From NCBI GenBank assembly GCA_036268875.1, contig DATATI010000091.1:13513-77512 (forward strand): a DNA stretch of 64,000 bases, given 5' to 3'. The position numbers were made by a program, and so were the translations under genes. Each line of letters begins with the position of its first letter. Within the stretch, counting starts at the first letter, position 1. The stretch comes from Polyangia bacterium (GTDB lineage: Bacteria; Myxococcota_A; Polyangia; Fen-1088). A model generated the notes under the pieces. It did not search any database. It was not told the DNA's origin and saw nothing but the letters and a program-made list of their open reading frames with translations. This document shows, piece after piece, positions 49,163-58,549 of this stretch.

Positions 49163-50312
49163 GCTCGATCAGCCCGGCGGCGCCCATCCCACCGCCCACG
49201 CACATGGTCAGCACGGCGTAACGAGCCTTGCGGCGTTCCAGTTCGTGCAGGGCGGTGGCGATCTGGCGCGCGCCGGTGGCGCCCAGCGGGTGGCCGAGCG
49301 CGATCGCGCCGCCATTGACGTTCACGCGATCGACTGGCAGGCCCAGCTCGCGGATGCAGTACACGGCCTGCGACGCGAAGGCCTCGTTGACCTCGAACAG
49401 ATCGATCTGGTCGATCTTCAAGCCGGCCTTGGCCAAGAGCTTGCGCACCGCCGGCACCGGACCGATGCCCATGATCGCGGGCGGCACGCCGGCCACGGCG
49501 AAGCCGCGAAAATACGCGCGGATCTTTTTCCCTTCGGCGCGCGCTTTGTCCGCCGCCATCAGGACCACCGCCGCTGCCCCGTCGTTCAGCGGCGAGGCGT
49601 TGCCGGCGGTGACGCTGCCGGAGGGATCGAAGACCGGCTTCAGCGACGCCAGCTTCTCCAGCGAGGTGTCGGCGCGCGGGCCCTCGTCTTTGTCGACAGT
49701 GACCGCGCGCCAGCCGTTTTCATAGACGCGCGTCGGGACGGGGACGATCTCCGCCGCCATGTCGCCGCGGGTCCAGGCGGCGACCGCCTTCTGGTGGCTC
49801 CACAACGCGAACTGATCTTGCTCGCTGCGGGTGACGTTGAACTGGCGGGCGACGTTCTCCGCGGTGTTGCCCATCGGGATGTACGCGTCGGGGAAGGTCT
49901 CGACCAGGGTCGGGTTCAGCGAGATCTTGTTGCCGCCCATCGGCACCAGCGACATCGATTCGACGCCGCCGCCGATGCCGGCATCCAGCGCGCCAACCGC
50001 GATGCGATCGGCGACCATCGACGTCGCCTGCAACCCCGACGAGCAAAACCGGTTGATGGTCATGCCCGCGGTCTCGTCGGGAAGGCCGGCCAGGTGGCCG
50101 ATCACCCGCCCGATGTTCAAGCCTTGTTCGGCCTCCGGCATCGCGCAGCCGAGGACCAGATCCTCCATCGCCGCCGGGGACACCTCGGCGCGGCGCATGG
50201 CTTCCTTGACCACCAGCGCGCCCAGATCGTCGGGGCGGGTGTTGCGCAGGATGCCTTTGGGGGCGCGCCCGATGGGGGTGCGGACCGCCGACAGAATCGC
50301 TACGTCGCGCAT
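49155..50312 (-). CDS. fadA: Acetyl-CoA C-acyltransferase (thiolase)
   Basis: MRDVAILSAVRTPIGR..NRFCSSGLQA..; GAGGAA SD before ATG 50312. Confidence 0.9.
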   Translation of the reverse strand: MRDVAILSAVRTPIGRAPKGILRNTRPDDLGALVVKEAMRRAEVSPAAMEDLVLGCAMPEAEQGLNIGRVIGHLAGLPDETAGMTINRFCSSGLQATSMVADRIAVGALDAGIGGGVESMSLVPMGGNKISLNPTLVETFPDAYIPMGNTAENVARQFNVTRSEQDQFALWSHQKAVAAWTRGDMAAEIVPVPTRVYENGWRAVTVDKDEGPRADTSLEKLASLKPVFDPSGSVTAGNASPLNDGAAAVVLMAADKARAEGKKIRAYFRGFAVAGVPPAIMGIGPVPAVRKLLAKAGLKIDQIDLFEVNEAFASQAVYCIRELGLPVDRVNVNGGAIALGHPLGATGARQIATALHELERRKARYAVLTMCVGGGMGAAGLIERA

Positions 50313-50314
50313 GG

Positions 50315-52723
50315 TTAGTTCCTCAGGGGTTTGCTGGTGGTCAACATGTGTTGGATGCGTTCGCGGGTCTTGGGTTCCCCGCACAGCGACAGGAAGGCCT
50401 CGCGTTCGAGATCAAGAATCGTCTGCTCGCTGACCAGCGCGCCGGCCGGCACGGCGCCACCGGACAGCACGCGCGCCAGAGCCGAGCCGATTTTTGCGTC
50501 GTGTTCGCTGATCTGGTGGGCGCCGGTGAGGTTCTTCATCGATGCACCGATGGTGGCGGCGCCCGCCTCGCCGATGACCCGGATTCGCCGCGGCGGCGGC
50601 GGGCGATAACCGGCGCGGGCCAATCCCAGCACCGTCTCCTTGGCGTCGGCAAGCTGCGTCTCGCGCGACATCGACACCGCGTCGGACGGGCGCAGATAGC
50701 CAAGGTCACGGCCTTCCTCGGCGCTGGTCGAGACGCGGGCGCGGGCCAGCGTCTCGAACGGCACGCGCACCAGCGACAGCAGATCGAACGTCGGATCGTC
50801 GGTGGCCTTCGCCGCCGCACGCGCCGCCAGCTCCATGCAGCCACCGCCGGCGGGGATCAAACCGACGCCGACCTCGACGCAGCCGATGTAAAGCTCGGCC
50901 GCCGCGCGCACGTTCTGGCAGCCCAGCACCACCTCGGCGCCGCCGCCTAATGTCAGCCCGAACGGCGCTGCTACCACAGGCACGCGCGCATAGCGGGTCC
51001 GCTGGCAGGCGTTCTGAAATCCGAGGACCATCTCGGCGACGCCGGCCATGTTGCCCTGGCCCAGGGCCACCATCAGGCCGAAGAGGTTGGCGCCGGCGCA
51101 GAACGCGTCGGGCGACTGGTTGCCGATCACCAGGCCGACGCCGTCGCGCTCCGCCTTGTCGACCGCCTTCATCGTCATGGCGATGATCTCCGGATCGATG
51201 GCGTTCATCTTGGCGTGGTATTCCAGGCAAAAAACGCCGTCGCCGAGATCCAGCAGCGACGCGCTGCCGTTGCGTTCCACCTCGCCGCCGCTGGCACGAA
51301 CGGCGTCCAGCGAGATCTCGCGCGCGTCGGTCGGGACGGGTTTGAAGCCGCCGCGTCCGCCCAGTTGCAACACGCGGCCGGGTTTTTCCTGTTTGTAAAA
51401 ACGCATCCCTTCGCCCTGGGCGGCGATCTGTTCCTTCACCCAGCCAGGCACGGTGTAGCCGGCCGCTTCCATCTTCGCCGCGGTGGCCTTCACGCCCAAC
51501 GCGTCCCAGGTCTCGAACGGCCCACGCTCCCAGCCGAAGCCCCAGCGCAGGGCGCGATCGATCTCGACGATGTCGTCGGCGATCTCGCCCAGCCGGTTGG
51601 CCGAATAGATCAGCGTCTCGTACAGCACCGTGCGGGCCAGGGCCGACGCGCGGTCGTCGCCGCTGACCACCCGGCGCAGTTTCTCGTCGACGTCCTCGGT
51701 GCCGCGGGCCGCGCCGAGCGACGGGTAGCGCGGCTTTTTCTGCGGGCCGTACTCCAGCGTCTTGAGATCAATCTGCAGAATGTCGTCGCCGACCTTCTTG
51801 TAGAAACCCTGCTTGGTTTTGCTGCCTAGCCACCGCTTGTCGACCAGCTTGACCAGGACCTCGGGCGGGTTGAAGACCTCGCGCCGTTCGTCGGTGGTCA
51901 AGGCGTCGTAGCAGTTCTTGGTCACGTGCATCAGCGTGTCCAGGCCCACCACGTCGGCAGTGCGAAACACCGCGCTCTTCGGGCGGCCGGTGGCGGGGCC
52001 AAAGATGGCGTCGACCTCCTCGACCGTGTAGCCCTGTTTCACCGCTTCATCCAGCGTGCGCATCAAGGCGAAGGTCCCGATGCGGTTGGCGATGAAGTTG
52101 GGCGTGTCCTTGGCCCGCACCAGGCCCTTGCCCAGCAGGCGCCCGCAGAGATCTTCCACCCGCTCCAGCGTTTCGGGCGCGGTGTCGGCGCCGGCCACGA
52201 TCTCCACCAGGCGCAGATAACGGGGCGGATTGAAGAAATGGGTGATGCAGAACCGTTTCTTGAAGCCGTCGCTTCGTCCGGTCATGAGATCGGCGATGCG
52301 CAAACCGGAGGTGTTCGACGTGACCACCGCGTGGCCGCCGAGTTCGTCCAGGCGGGCATAAAGCTTTTGTTTGATGGCCAGGTTTTCAACGATCGCTTCG
52401 ATGATGACGTCGCTGCTGGCGGCCGCTGCCGCCAGGTCGTCTTCCAGATTGCCGGTGCTGACCAAGGCGTCGAAGCGGCCGGCGAAGAAGGCCGCCGGCC
52501 GCGCCTTGCGTGCGCCTTCCAATCCGGTGTCAGCGATCTTGTTGCGCGCCCGTTTGCTTTCCGCTGCTGCGCCCGGCGCGGCGTCCTTGGCAGCATCCTT
52601 GGCAATGATGTCCAGCAGGCGCACCCGCAGGCCGGCGTTGGCCATGTGGGCGGCGATGGCAGCTCCCATGACACCGGAGCCAAGCACAGTGACCTCACCG
52701 ACCGGAGCGCGATGACTTGCCAT
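50315..52723 (-). CDS. Multifunctional fatty-acid oxidation protein: 3-hydroxyacyl-CoA dehydrogenase (N) + enoyl-CoA hydratase (C)
   Basis: Rossmann VTVLGSGVMGAAIA; crotonase fold C-terminal; 2-nt gap to thiolase. Confidence 0.9.
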   Translation of the reverse strand: MASHRAPVGEVTVLGSGVMGAAIAAHMANAGLRVRLLDIIAKDAAKDAAPGAAAESKRARNKIADTGLEGARKARPAAFFAGRFDALVSTGNLEDDLAAAAASSDVIIEAIVENLAIKQKLYARLDELGGHAVVTSNTSGLRIADLMTGRSDGFKKRFCITHFFNPPRYLRLVEIVAGADTAPETLERVEDLCGRLLGKGLVRAKDTPNFIANRIGTFALMRTLDEAVKQGYTVEEVDAIFGPATGRPKSAVFRTADVVGLDTLMHVTKNCYDALTTDERREVFNPPEVLVKLVDKRWLGSKTKQGFYKKVGDDILQIDLKTLEYGPQKKPRYPSLGAARGTEDVDEKLRRVVSGDDRASALARTVLYETLIYSANRLGEIADDIVEIDRALRWGFGWERGPFETWDALGVKATAAKMEAAGYTVPGWVKEQIAAQGEGMRFYKQEKPGRVLQLGGRGGFKPVPTDAREISLDAVRASGGEVERNGSASLLDLGDGVFCLEYHAKMNAIDPEIIAMTMKAVDKAERDGVGLVIGNQSPDAFCAGANLFGLMVALGQGNMAGVAEMVLGFQNACQRTRYARVPVVAAPFGLTLGGGAEVVLGCQNVRAAAELYIGCVEVGVGLIPAGGGCMELAARAAAKATDDPTFDLLSLVRVPFETLARARVSTSAEEGRDLGYLRPSDAVSMSRETQLADAKETVLGLARAGYRPPPPRRIRVIGEAGAATIGASMKNLTGAHQISEHDAKIGSALARVLSGGAVPAGALVSEQTILDLEREAFLSLCGEPKTRERIQHMLTTSKPLRN

Positions 52724-52800
52724 GGCCCAGACGATAACCGAGAAACGCGAATTGCGCTCGACCGCGCTCGCCCTTTGGCTGCGGACACCTGGACGGAAAA

Positions 52801-54306
52801 GTGAATCCGGTCCTTAATAGATGCTCGGTGTTGTCGGTTCGCACGCAGCTTAAATTCTGGTGTTTGGCGATGGTCGCGTTGGCGGCGGTCGGTTGTCGGA
52901 ACAATTCGGTCCTGACCGGCCTCAGCGTGCAAGTCTCAATGAGCGGCCTCACCGTTGATCAGCTGGCGTTCACGGTCTCGAACTCCAGTGGCAAGCTGGT
53001 CGATCACACTCCGCGGCCGAAGATGGCGGCTGGCCGGTTGTCTGATCCTCAGACCATCGAAATCTACCTGCGCGACGACCTGGGCAACACGAGGGTCACA
53101 TGCGAAGTGGATGGACTATCGGCGAACCGGCTTCTGGCCACCTTTTCGGAGAACGTGCAGCTGGAGACCGGCAAGTTGGTGCCGGTGGTGATCTGTTTGG
53201 GAAACGATTGTCACCGCGATGCCGGCACTGACGGCACGGGCCTTGATGCCAAGGCGGACGCGGGGGTCGATGCCGACGCCGCCCGGGTCGATGTGCCCGT
53301 CGATCTGTCCGCCGACGCCTCGGCCGACAGAGTCGACGCCGATCCGGTTGACGTGGCGCCCGATGTGTCCGCTGATGGACCCAAGGCCCTCGGGGTTTCG
53401 TGCCAGATCGCCGACGAGTGCGACAGCGGCGTCTGCGTCGACGGTGTCTGCTGCGAATCGACCTGCGGCATCTGCCAGGCCTGCAACGTCCCCGGCTCGC
53501 TGGGACGGTGCGCGCCGGTGGCGGTAAAAACACCGAGCACCCTTTGCGTCGATCAAACCGCAGCCTTGCCTTGCGGCTACAACGGAACCTGCGACGGTCA
53601 CGGCGGCTGCTTCCGGCCGGCCGCCGGGCAGATGTGCGCGCCAGCGTCGTGCGCCGGATCGACGTTCAACCCGGTGCGGGCCTGCGATGGGCAGGGCGCC
53701 TGCGTGGCGGCGGTGCCGGTCAGCTGCGCACCGTTCAATTGCGATCCCACCGGCGGCTCGCATTGCCGCACCACCTGCTCGGGCGCCGGTGACTGCGTAT
53801 CCACCGCTCAGTGCAACAACAATAGTTGCGGCGTCAAACCGAAGAAGAACAACGGCGCGGGCTGCACCGCCGACGGCGACTGCAATTCCAATATTTGTTC
53901 TGATGGCGTCTGCTGCGACGGTCGCTGCGGCGGCCAATGCCAGTCCTGCACGCTGGCCGGGACCGTCGGACAGTGCAAGCCCGTCCCCAACTTGAAGGGC
54001 GATCCGCACGGCATCTGCAAGGACAACGGCGCCGCCACCTGCGGCACCAATGGCCTCTGCGACGGGGCCGGCGGCTGCGCGAAGTATCCCGTCGGCAGCG
54101 TCTGCGAGGCGGCCCAGTGCGTGGCCCACGCCATCGTCGGCGCCCGACACTGCGACGCCGCCGGAACCTGCGGCGCGCCGGCGCTCAGCGACTGCGCGCC
54201 GTACCGATGCGACCCGGTGACCACCACCTGCTTCACCAGCTGCACCATCGATGCCCAGTGCGCCATCGCCAGCGGAAATAGCTGCAAAAAAGACATGTGC
54301 CGCTGA
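52801..54306 (+). CDS. Secreted lipoprotein with tandem Cys-rich repeats (C..DxDC.SG.C.DGVCC...CG.C.SC)
   Basis: Lipobox AAVGC; ~4 repeats. Confidence 0.65.
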   Translation: MNPVLNRCSVLSVRTQLKFWCLAMVALAAVGCRNNSVLTGLSVQVSMSGLTVDQLAFTVSNSSGKLVDHTPRPKMAAGRLSDPQTIEIYLRDDLGNTRVTCEVDGLSANRLLATFSENVQLETGKLVPVVICLGNDCHRDAGTDGTGLDAKADAGVDADAARVDVPVDLSADASADRVDADPVDVAPDVSADGPKALGVSCQIADECDSGVCVDGVCCESTCGICQACNVPGSLGRCAPVAVKTPSTLCVDQTAALPCGYNGTCDGHGGCFRPAAGQMCAPASCAGSTFNPVRACDGQGACVAAVPVSCAPFNCDPTGGSHCRTTCSGAGDCVSTAQCNNNSCGVKPKKNNGAGCTADGDCNSNICSDGVCCDGRCGGQCQSCTLAGTVGQCKPVPNLKGDPHGICKDNGAATCGTNGLCDGAGGCAKYPVGSVCEAAQCVAHAIVGARHCDAAGTCGAPALSDCAPYRCDPVTTTCFTSCTIDAQCAIASGNSCKKDMCR

Positions 54307-54366
54307 CGTCCACCGTCAGCCACCCCCGCGCTTAAGTCGCCCCCGCTCTCTGCCGATCCAGCTTGT

Positions 54367-55128
54367 GTGTTGCAGGCTGAACGGCGCCCCCGATGGGCGG
54401 AGTCCGGCGCCATCGCCGTGCTGATGGCGAACTATTCGGCGATGAGGGCGCTGTGGAAAGGCGACGGGCTCAGCGCGGTGACGTCGGCGCACACCAGAGG
54501 AATCGGCGCCTGCCAGAAGTCGGGCCTGATGATGACCGTCAACTACACTCAGTGTCCAGGCGGTAGCCAGTGGCCCAATCAAGCCAACGTCGCGCCGGGG
54601 ATCGCCAGCCTTTCCTGTTCGGCCGGAGATTTTCATTATTCGCCGACCACCACGGTCTTTGGCGGAACGAACCTCGGGGCCGGGATCAAAAGCGGCCTGA
54701 ACCCGCTGAACGCCGTCGCCAATACGGGTGAGGTGCGATCCATCGTGGTGTTCACCGACGGTGGCCCGATGTGCTGCGAGAGCCCCGCCGGCGGCGGCAC
54801 CTGCGGCACCATAAACGGCGGCACCGGGAAGCCCTGGAATCCGTGCTGCGCCGACGGCACCATCACGCCGTGTTCTGACAACACCGGCGGCGCGGCCTGC
54901 AAGTGCGCCACCGACATCGCCACGTACGGCGTCTCGCAAGCCAGCGCCGCCCAGGCCGCCGGGGTCGACGTCCATATCCTCGCCTTCGGCAACCAGCCCG
55001 GTTGGATCAGCTACGACAAGACGCTCCCGCGCGGGCGCGGCTTCGAGCTCGACACCAGCGACTCGACCAAGCTGTCCGCCAACCTGCTGCAGATCACGAA
55101 CAACATCCCCGTGGCCTTGGTGAAATGA
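54367..55128 (+). CDS. VWA-like domain protein lacking obvious MIDAS/N-terminal strand (TadG-like fragment?), GTG start
   Basis: GTNLGAGIKSG...SIVVFTDGGP VWA-core motifs. Confidence 0.4.
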   Translation: MLQAERRPRWAESGAIAVLMANYSAMRALWKGDGLSAVTSAHTRGIGACQKSGLMMTVNYTQCPGGSQWPNQANVAPGIASLSCSAGDFHYSPTTTVFGGTNLGAGIKSGLNPLNAVANTGEVRSIVVFTDGGPMCCESPAGGGTCGTINGGTGKPWNPCCADGTITPCSDNTGGAACKCATDIATYGVSQASAAQAAGVDVHILAFGNQPGWISYDKTLPRGRGFELDTSDSTKLSANLLQITNNIPVALVK

Positions 55129-55568
55129 TGAACCTGAGAAACCTTCTGAGACGCGCCGGGCACCCGCTGGCCAAGCGCGACGGCCGTCGAGGCGCCGCCG
55201 CCGTCGAGTTCGCCTTGGTGCTGCCCCTGTTCGTGGCGGTCCTGTTCGGCGTCATCGAATACGGCTGGGTCTTTTATCAGAACTTCAGTGTGGCCAGCGC
55301 CGTCCGCGACGGCCTGCGGGTGGGCGTCACCGTCGCCGCGGCGGCCACGCCCGATCCGGGGACGACGGCGGTGAAGAGGACGCAGGATCTCCTGACCGGC
55401 GTGGGCATCAATCCGGCCGGGGTGACCATCAATGCCATCTACAACGGCTCGACGCCGTCGAAGACCCTGACCTTGAGTGCGACCATGCCTTACAAGGCCT
55501 TGATCGGGTTCGTTCCGGTGCCGTCAAAGATCGCCTATTCGATGACCATGCTGCTCGAGCTGCAATAG
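55125..55568 (+). CDS. TadE-like pilus-assembly protein
   Basis: GAAAVEFALVLPLFVAVLFGVIEYG TadE N-terminal signature; ATGATG overlapping upstream stop. Confidence 0.7.
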   Translation: MMNLRNLLRRAGHPLAKRDGRRGAAAVEFALVLPLFVAVLFGVIEYGWVFYQNFSVASAVRDGLRVGVTVAAAATPDPGTTAVKRTQDLLTGVGINPAGVTINAIYNGSTPSKTLTLSATMPYKALIGFVPVPSKIAYSMTMLLELQ

Positions 55569-55653
55569 AGACAGCGACGGAGCCAGCGACGACGCCCGCC
55601 GCTGGCAATGACGCTTGATCCGGCGAGGGCATTCTTGCACTCTAATCGCGGCC

Positions 55654-57183
55654 ATGACCGTACCGCCTCTTCCTTATGTCCGTCCGAGACTGACTTTGCT
55701 CCTTGCCTTGGCTTTTTCGGCGACGGCGACAGTGGGAAGCAGCCGGTCCGCCGCCGCCGAGGACAGCGCGCCCGATCCGGCGCTGCAAGCGGCGAAAGAA
55801 TTTTTCGAGACCGCCCAGACGCTGTTTCTGAAAGAACAGTACGAAGCCGCCGCCGAAAAATTCCTGGCCGCGTTCGACAAGAAACCGTTCGCGGCGTTCT
55901 TGTTCAACACCGCCGTCTCGTACGAGAAGGCGAAGAAGCTGGACCTGGCCAAGCAGTACTTCGAGCAGTACCTGGAAAAGGATCCGCAAGCTTCAGACGC
56001 CGCGCAGGTCAAGGCGCGCATCGAGACCATCAAGACGCTGCTGGAGCCGCCGGCGCCGGCGGTGCCGCCGCCACCCGCGCTCGGACCTGAGGGGACGCCG
56101 CTCGGGCCGCCGGCTGGCGCCGCGCCAGGGACGCCGCCGGTAGCACCGCTGGCGGTGTCTGCGCCGTCGCTGCCGGCCATCGACACCAAAGGCCTGGTGG
56201 TGATCGATTCGAAACCGCAGGGCGCGACGATTTATTTGAACGACAAGAAGAACGGCGCGTTCGCCCATACGCCCTGGCAGGGCTCGCTGGAATCGCAGCC
56301 GGTGCGCTTGTTGCTTGAGTCAAAAGGGTTCAAGCCCGAGCAGCGGCAGATCAGCCCCCGCTCCGACAAGCTGGTCGACGTATACATCGCGCTGTCGGAA
56401 GAGCACTACCTCGGTTGGATCGAGATCATCTCCAACGCGCAGGGCGCGCTGGTCTACATCGACAAGAAAGAGATCGGGGCCATCGGCCGCACGCCGTACA
56501 CCGGCCACCTGAAGCCGGGCAAACACACGATCTATCTCGAGAAGATGGGCTTCAAGCCAGCGGAGATGGTCCTGGACGTCTCGCCGGGCACCGCCACCCA
56601 GCACACCATCACCATGCAGCAGGCCGACAACGGCTGGATCAACGTCGTCGGACGCGGGACCTCCGGTGGCCGTTTGCTGATCGACAAGAAGCTCGCCTGC
56701 GCCACGCCTTGCCGTGCCGAGGTGTCACCCGGCAAGCACGCGGTGGTGGTGGCCAAGGACGGCATGGAGAACTTCGAGTCGGATCTGGTCGTCGCGCGCA
56801 CCGTCGAGACCACCATCGAAGTCCAGTTCGTCGCGCGCCCGCCGCGCACCAAGGCGATCACCGCGGCGATCATCGGCGCGGCGCTGCTGGGCATCGGCGG
56901 CTACGTTGGTCACCTCGGCCAGTCCACCCGCGACGAGATCAAAAGCGACATCGCCGCCAACAAGCTGATCGACAACGGCGACCCGCGGTACCGGCGCGCC
57001 AAGCTGGAGTTCATCGGCGCCGACGTGTTGTTCGGCCTGGGCGCCATCGTCGGCATCTCGGCGGTGGTCAGCTTCATCTATCACGGCGCGGACAGCGTCG
57101 GCGTCGTCGACCAGAAGTCCATCTCGCTGGCGCCCGAGGTGATGTCGGGCGGCGCGGGGCTGACCGCGGCGGGGAGGTTCTGA
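55654..57183 (+). CDS. Secreted TPR + three PEGA-domain protein with C-terminal TM
   Basis: Signal peptide; PEGA-like VVIDSKPQGATIYLNDKKNG..TPW repeats. Confidence 0.7.
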   Translation: MTVPPLPYVRPRLTLLLALAFSATATVGSSRSAAAEDSAPDPALQAAKEFFETAQTLFLKEQYEAAAEKFLAAFDKKPFAAFLFNTAVSYEKAKKLDLAKQYFEQYLEKDPQASDAAQVKARIETIKTLLEPPAPAVPPPPALGPEGTPLGPPAGAAPGTPPVAPLAVSAPSLPAIDTKGLVVIDSKPQGATIYLNDKKNGAFAHTPWQGSLESQPVRLLLESKGFKPEQRQISPRSDKLVDVYIALSEEHYLGWIEIISNAQGALVYIDKKEIGAIGRTPYTGHLKPGKHTIYLEKMGFKPAEMVLDVSPGTATQHTITMQQADNGWINVVGRGTSGGRLLIDKKLACATPCRAEVSPGKHAVVVAKDGMENFESDLVVARTVETTIEVQFVARPPRTKAITAAIIGAALLGIGGYVGHLGQSTRDEIKSDIAANKLIDNGDPRYRRAKLEFIGADVLFGLGAIVGISAVVSFIYHGADSVGVVDQKSISLAPEVMSGGAGLTAAGRF

Positions 57184-58526
57184 TGCGCCGGCGAGGATTG
57201 ACGTCGCTGCTGGCGGTGTTGAATTTGGCCGCGGTCGGCTGCAACTGGCAGGACGTGGACAAGGATTCGCAGAACACCCCGGTGCTGAGCCTGGGCGCGC
57301 CCGGAAACTTCGGGACCAGGGACGACTTCGGCCGCATCGTCATTCCCATCGCCGCCCCGTCGGAGAACGACGGCGTGGCCAGTCGATTCCTGGTCTCGGG
57401 CGCCACCGGCACGGCGCTGGCGCTGGTCGAACTCGGCCCCGCCGGCAAGGCCATCGCCACCAACATCGCCTCGCCGGTGTTCACCGGACCGAACAAGACC
57501 GACGGTTTTCCGCTGAACGCCATCGCCGAGATCCCGGGACCGAAACCGGGCAAGGTGCTGGCGGCGGCCAAGGCGATCCAGAACGGATCGACGGTGATTT
57601 ACACCGCGACCCTGGGCGGAACCTTCGACGGCACGGTGTTTCTGGCCAGCGGCGACGAAGCGTGGCTGGGCATCGGAGTGGCGGCCGGCGATTTGAAGGT
57701 CGGCGACCCCACCCTGCCGGAATACGTCGTGGCCAGCACCGACCACCTGCATGTCTACGTCGACGGCAAGGTGGACAGCCCGCTGACCTGGCCGGCCGGC
57801 GACAGCACCGACTGCCCGGTGGTGCTGCCGGGCATGAACGACACCTCCAAGATTCCGCTCAATCGTCCGATCTTGGTCGGCCACTTCTGGGGGCCGGGCG
57901 TCGATCCGCAGATCGCCATCTCGAACTTCGGGATGCACAGCGCGGGCATGGCCTCGATTCAAGGCACCGTATCGTTCTTGGGCGTCAGCGCCACCGGTCT
58001 TTCCTGCCTGGGAACGATCACTGGCGCGGAAGAATATTTCGGTCAGGCGATCGCCGTCGGCGATTTCAACGGCGACCTCAAGACGGATCTGATCGTCGGG
58101 GCGCCGCCGCAGAACGCGTACGTATTCCTGGGCCCGCTGACGGGCGCGCCGCTCGGGATCAAGCTGCAGAGCGATCCCGCCGTGGCCACGCAGTTCGGGG
58201 CGTCGGTTGGTTCGATCAATCTCGACGGCGCCGGTCCGGACCTGGCCATTGTCGGCGATCCCAGCGCGGCGGTGTCCGGCAATCTGGGGGCGGGGATGGC
58301 CCAGCTCTACAGCCTTGGCGGCAGCGCGCCGACGGTCACCACCGGGATGTTGCTGGCGGCGCACGATCCGGCAGCCAACGCCGCTTACGGCGCCAGCGTC
58401 ACCGGTCTTCCGTTCTGCGGCACCTGCGTCACCGGATCGGCGCCGCGCATTCCGGTGGTGGGTGCGGGCGGGCGCGTCCTGACGTACTTCACGCTGGGCA
58501 AGACCGATCTGCGAATGAAGCCCTAG
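57183..58526 (+). CDS. FG-GAP (integrin-alpha-like) repeat lipoprotein
   Basis: FGQAIAVGDFNGDLKTDLIVGAP; lipobox LAAVGC; TGATG overlap upstream. Confidence 0.7.
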   Translation: MRRRGLTSLLAVLNLAAVGCNWQDVDKDSQNTPVLSLGAPGNFGTRDDFGRIVIPIAAPSENDGVASRFLVSGATGTALALVELGPAGKAIATNIASPVFTGPNKTDGFPLNAIAEIPGPKPGKVLAAAKAIQNGSTVIYTATLGGTFDGTVFLASGDEAWLGIGVAAGDLKVGDPTLPEYVVASTDHLHVYVDGKVDSPLTWPAGDSTDCPVVLPGMNDTSKIPLNRPILVGHFWGPGVDPQIAISNFGMHSAGMASIQGTVSFLGVSATGLSCLGTITGAEEYFGQAIAVGDFNGDLKTDLIVGAPPQNAYVFLGPLTGAPLGIKLQSDPAVATQFGASVGSINLDGAGPDLAIVGDPSAAVSGNLGAGMAQLYSLGGSAPTVTTGMLLAAHDPAANAAYGASVTGLPFCGTCVTGSAPRIPVVGAGGRVLTYFTLGKTDLRMKP

Positions 58527-58549
58527 CCGCGGCCCTCAACGAACGCACC

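Noticed and set aside
53116-54150. 344-aa minus ORF antisense to Cys-rich protein
   Set aside because: Shadow ORF.
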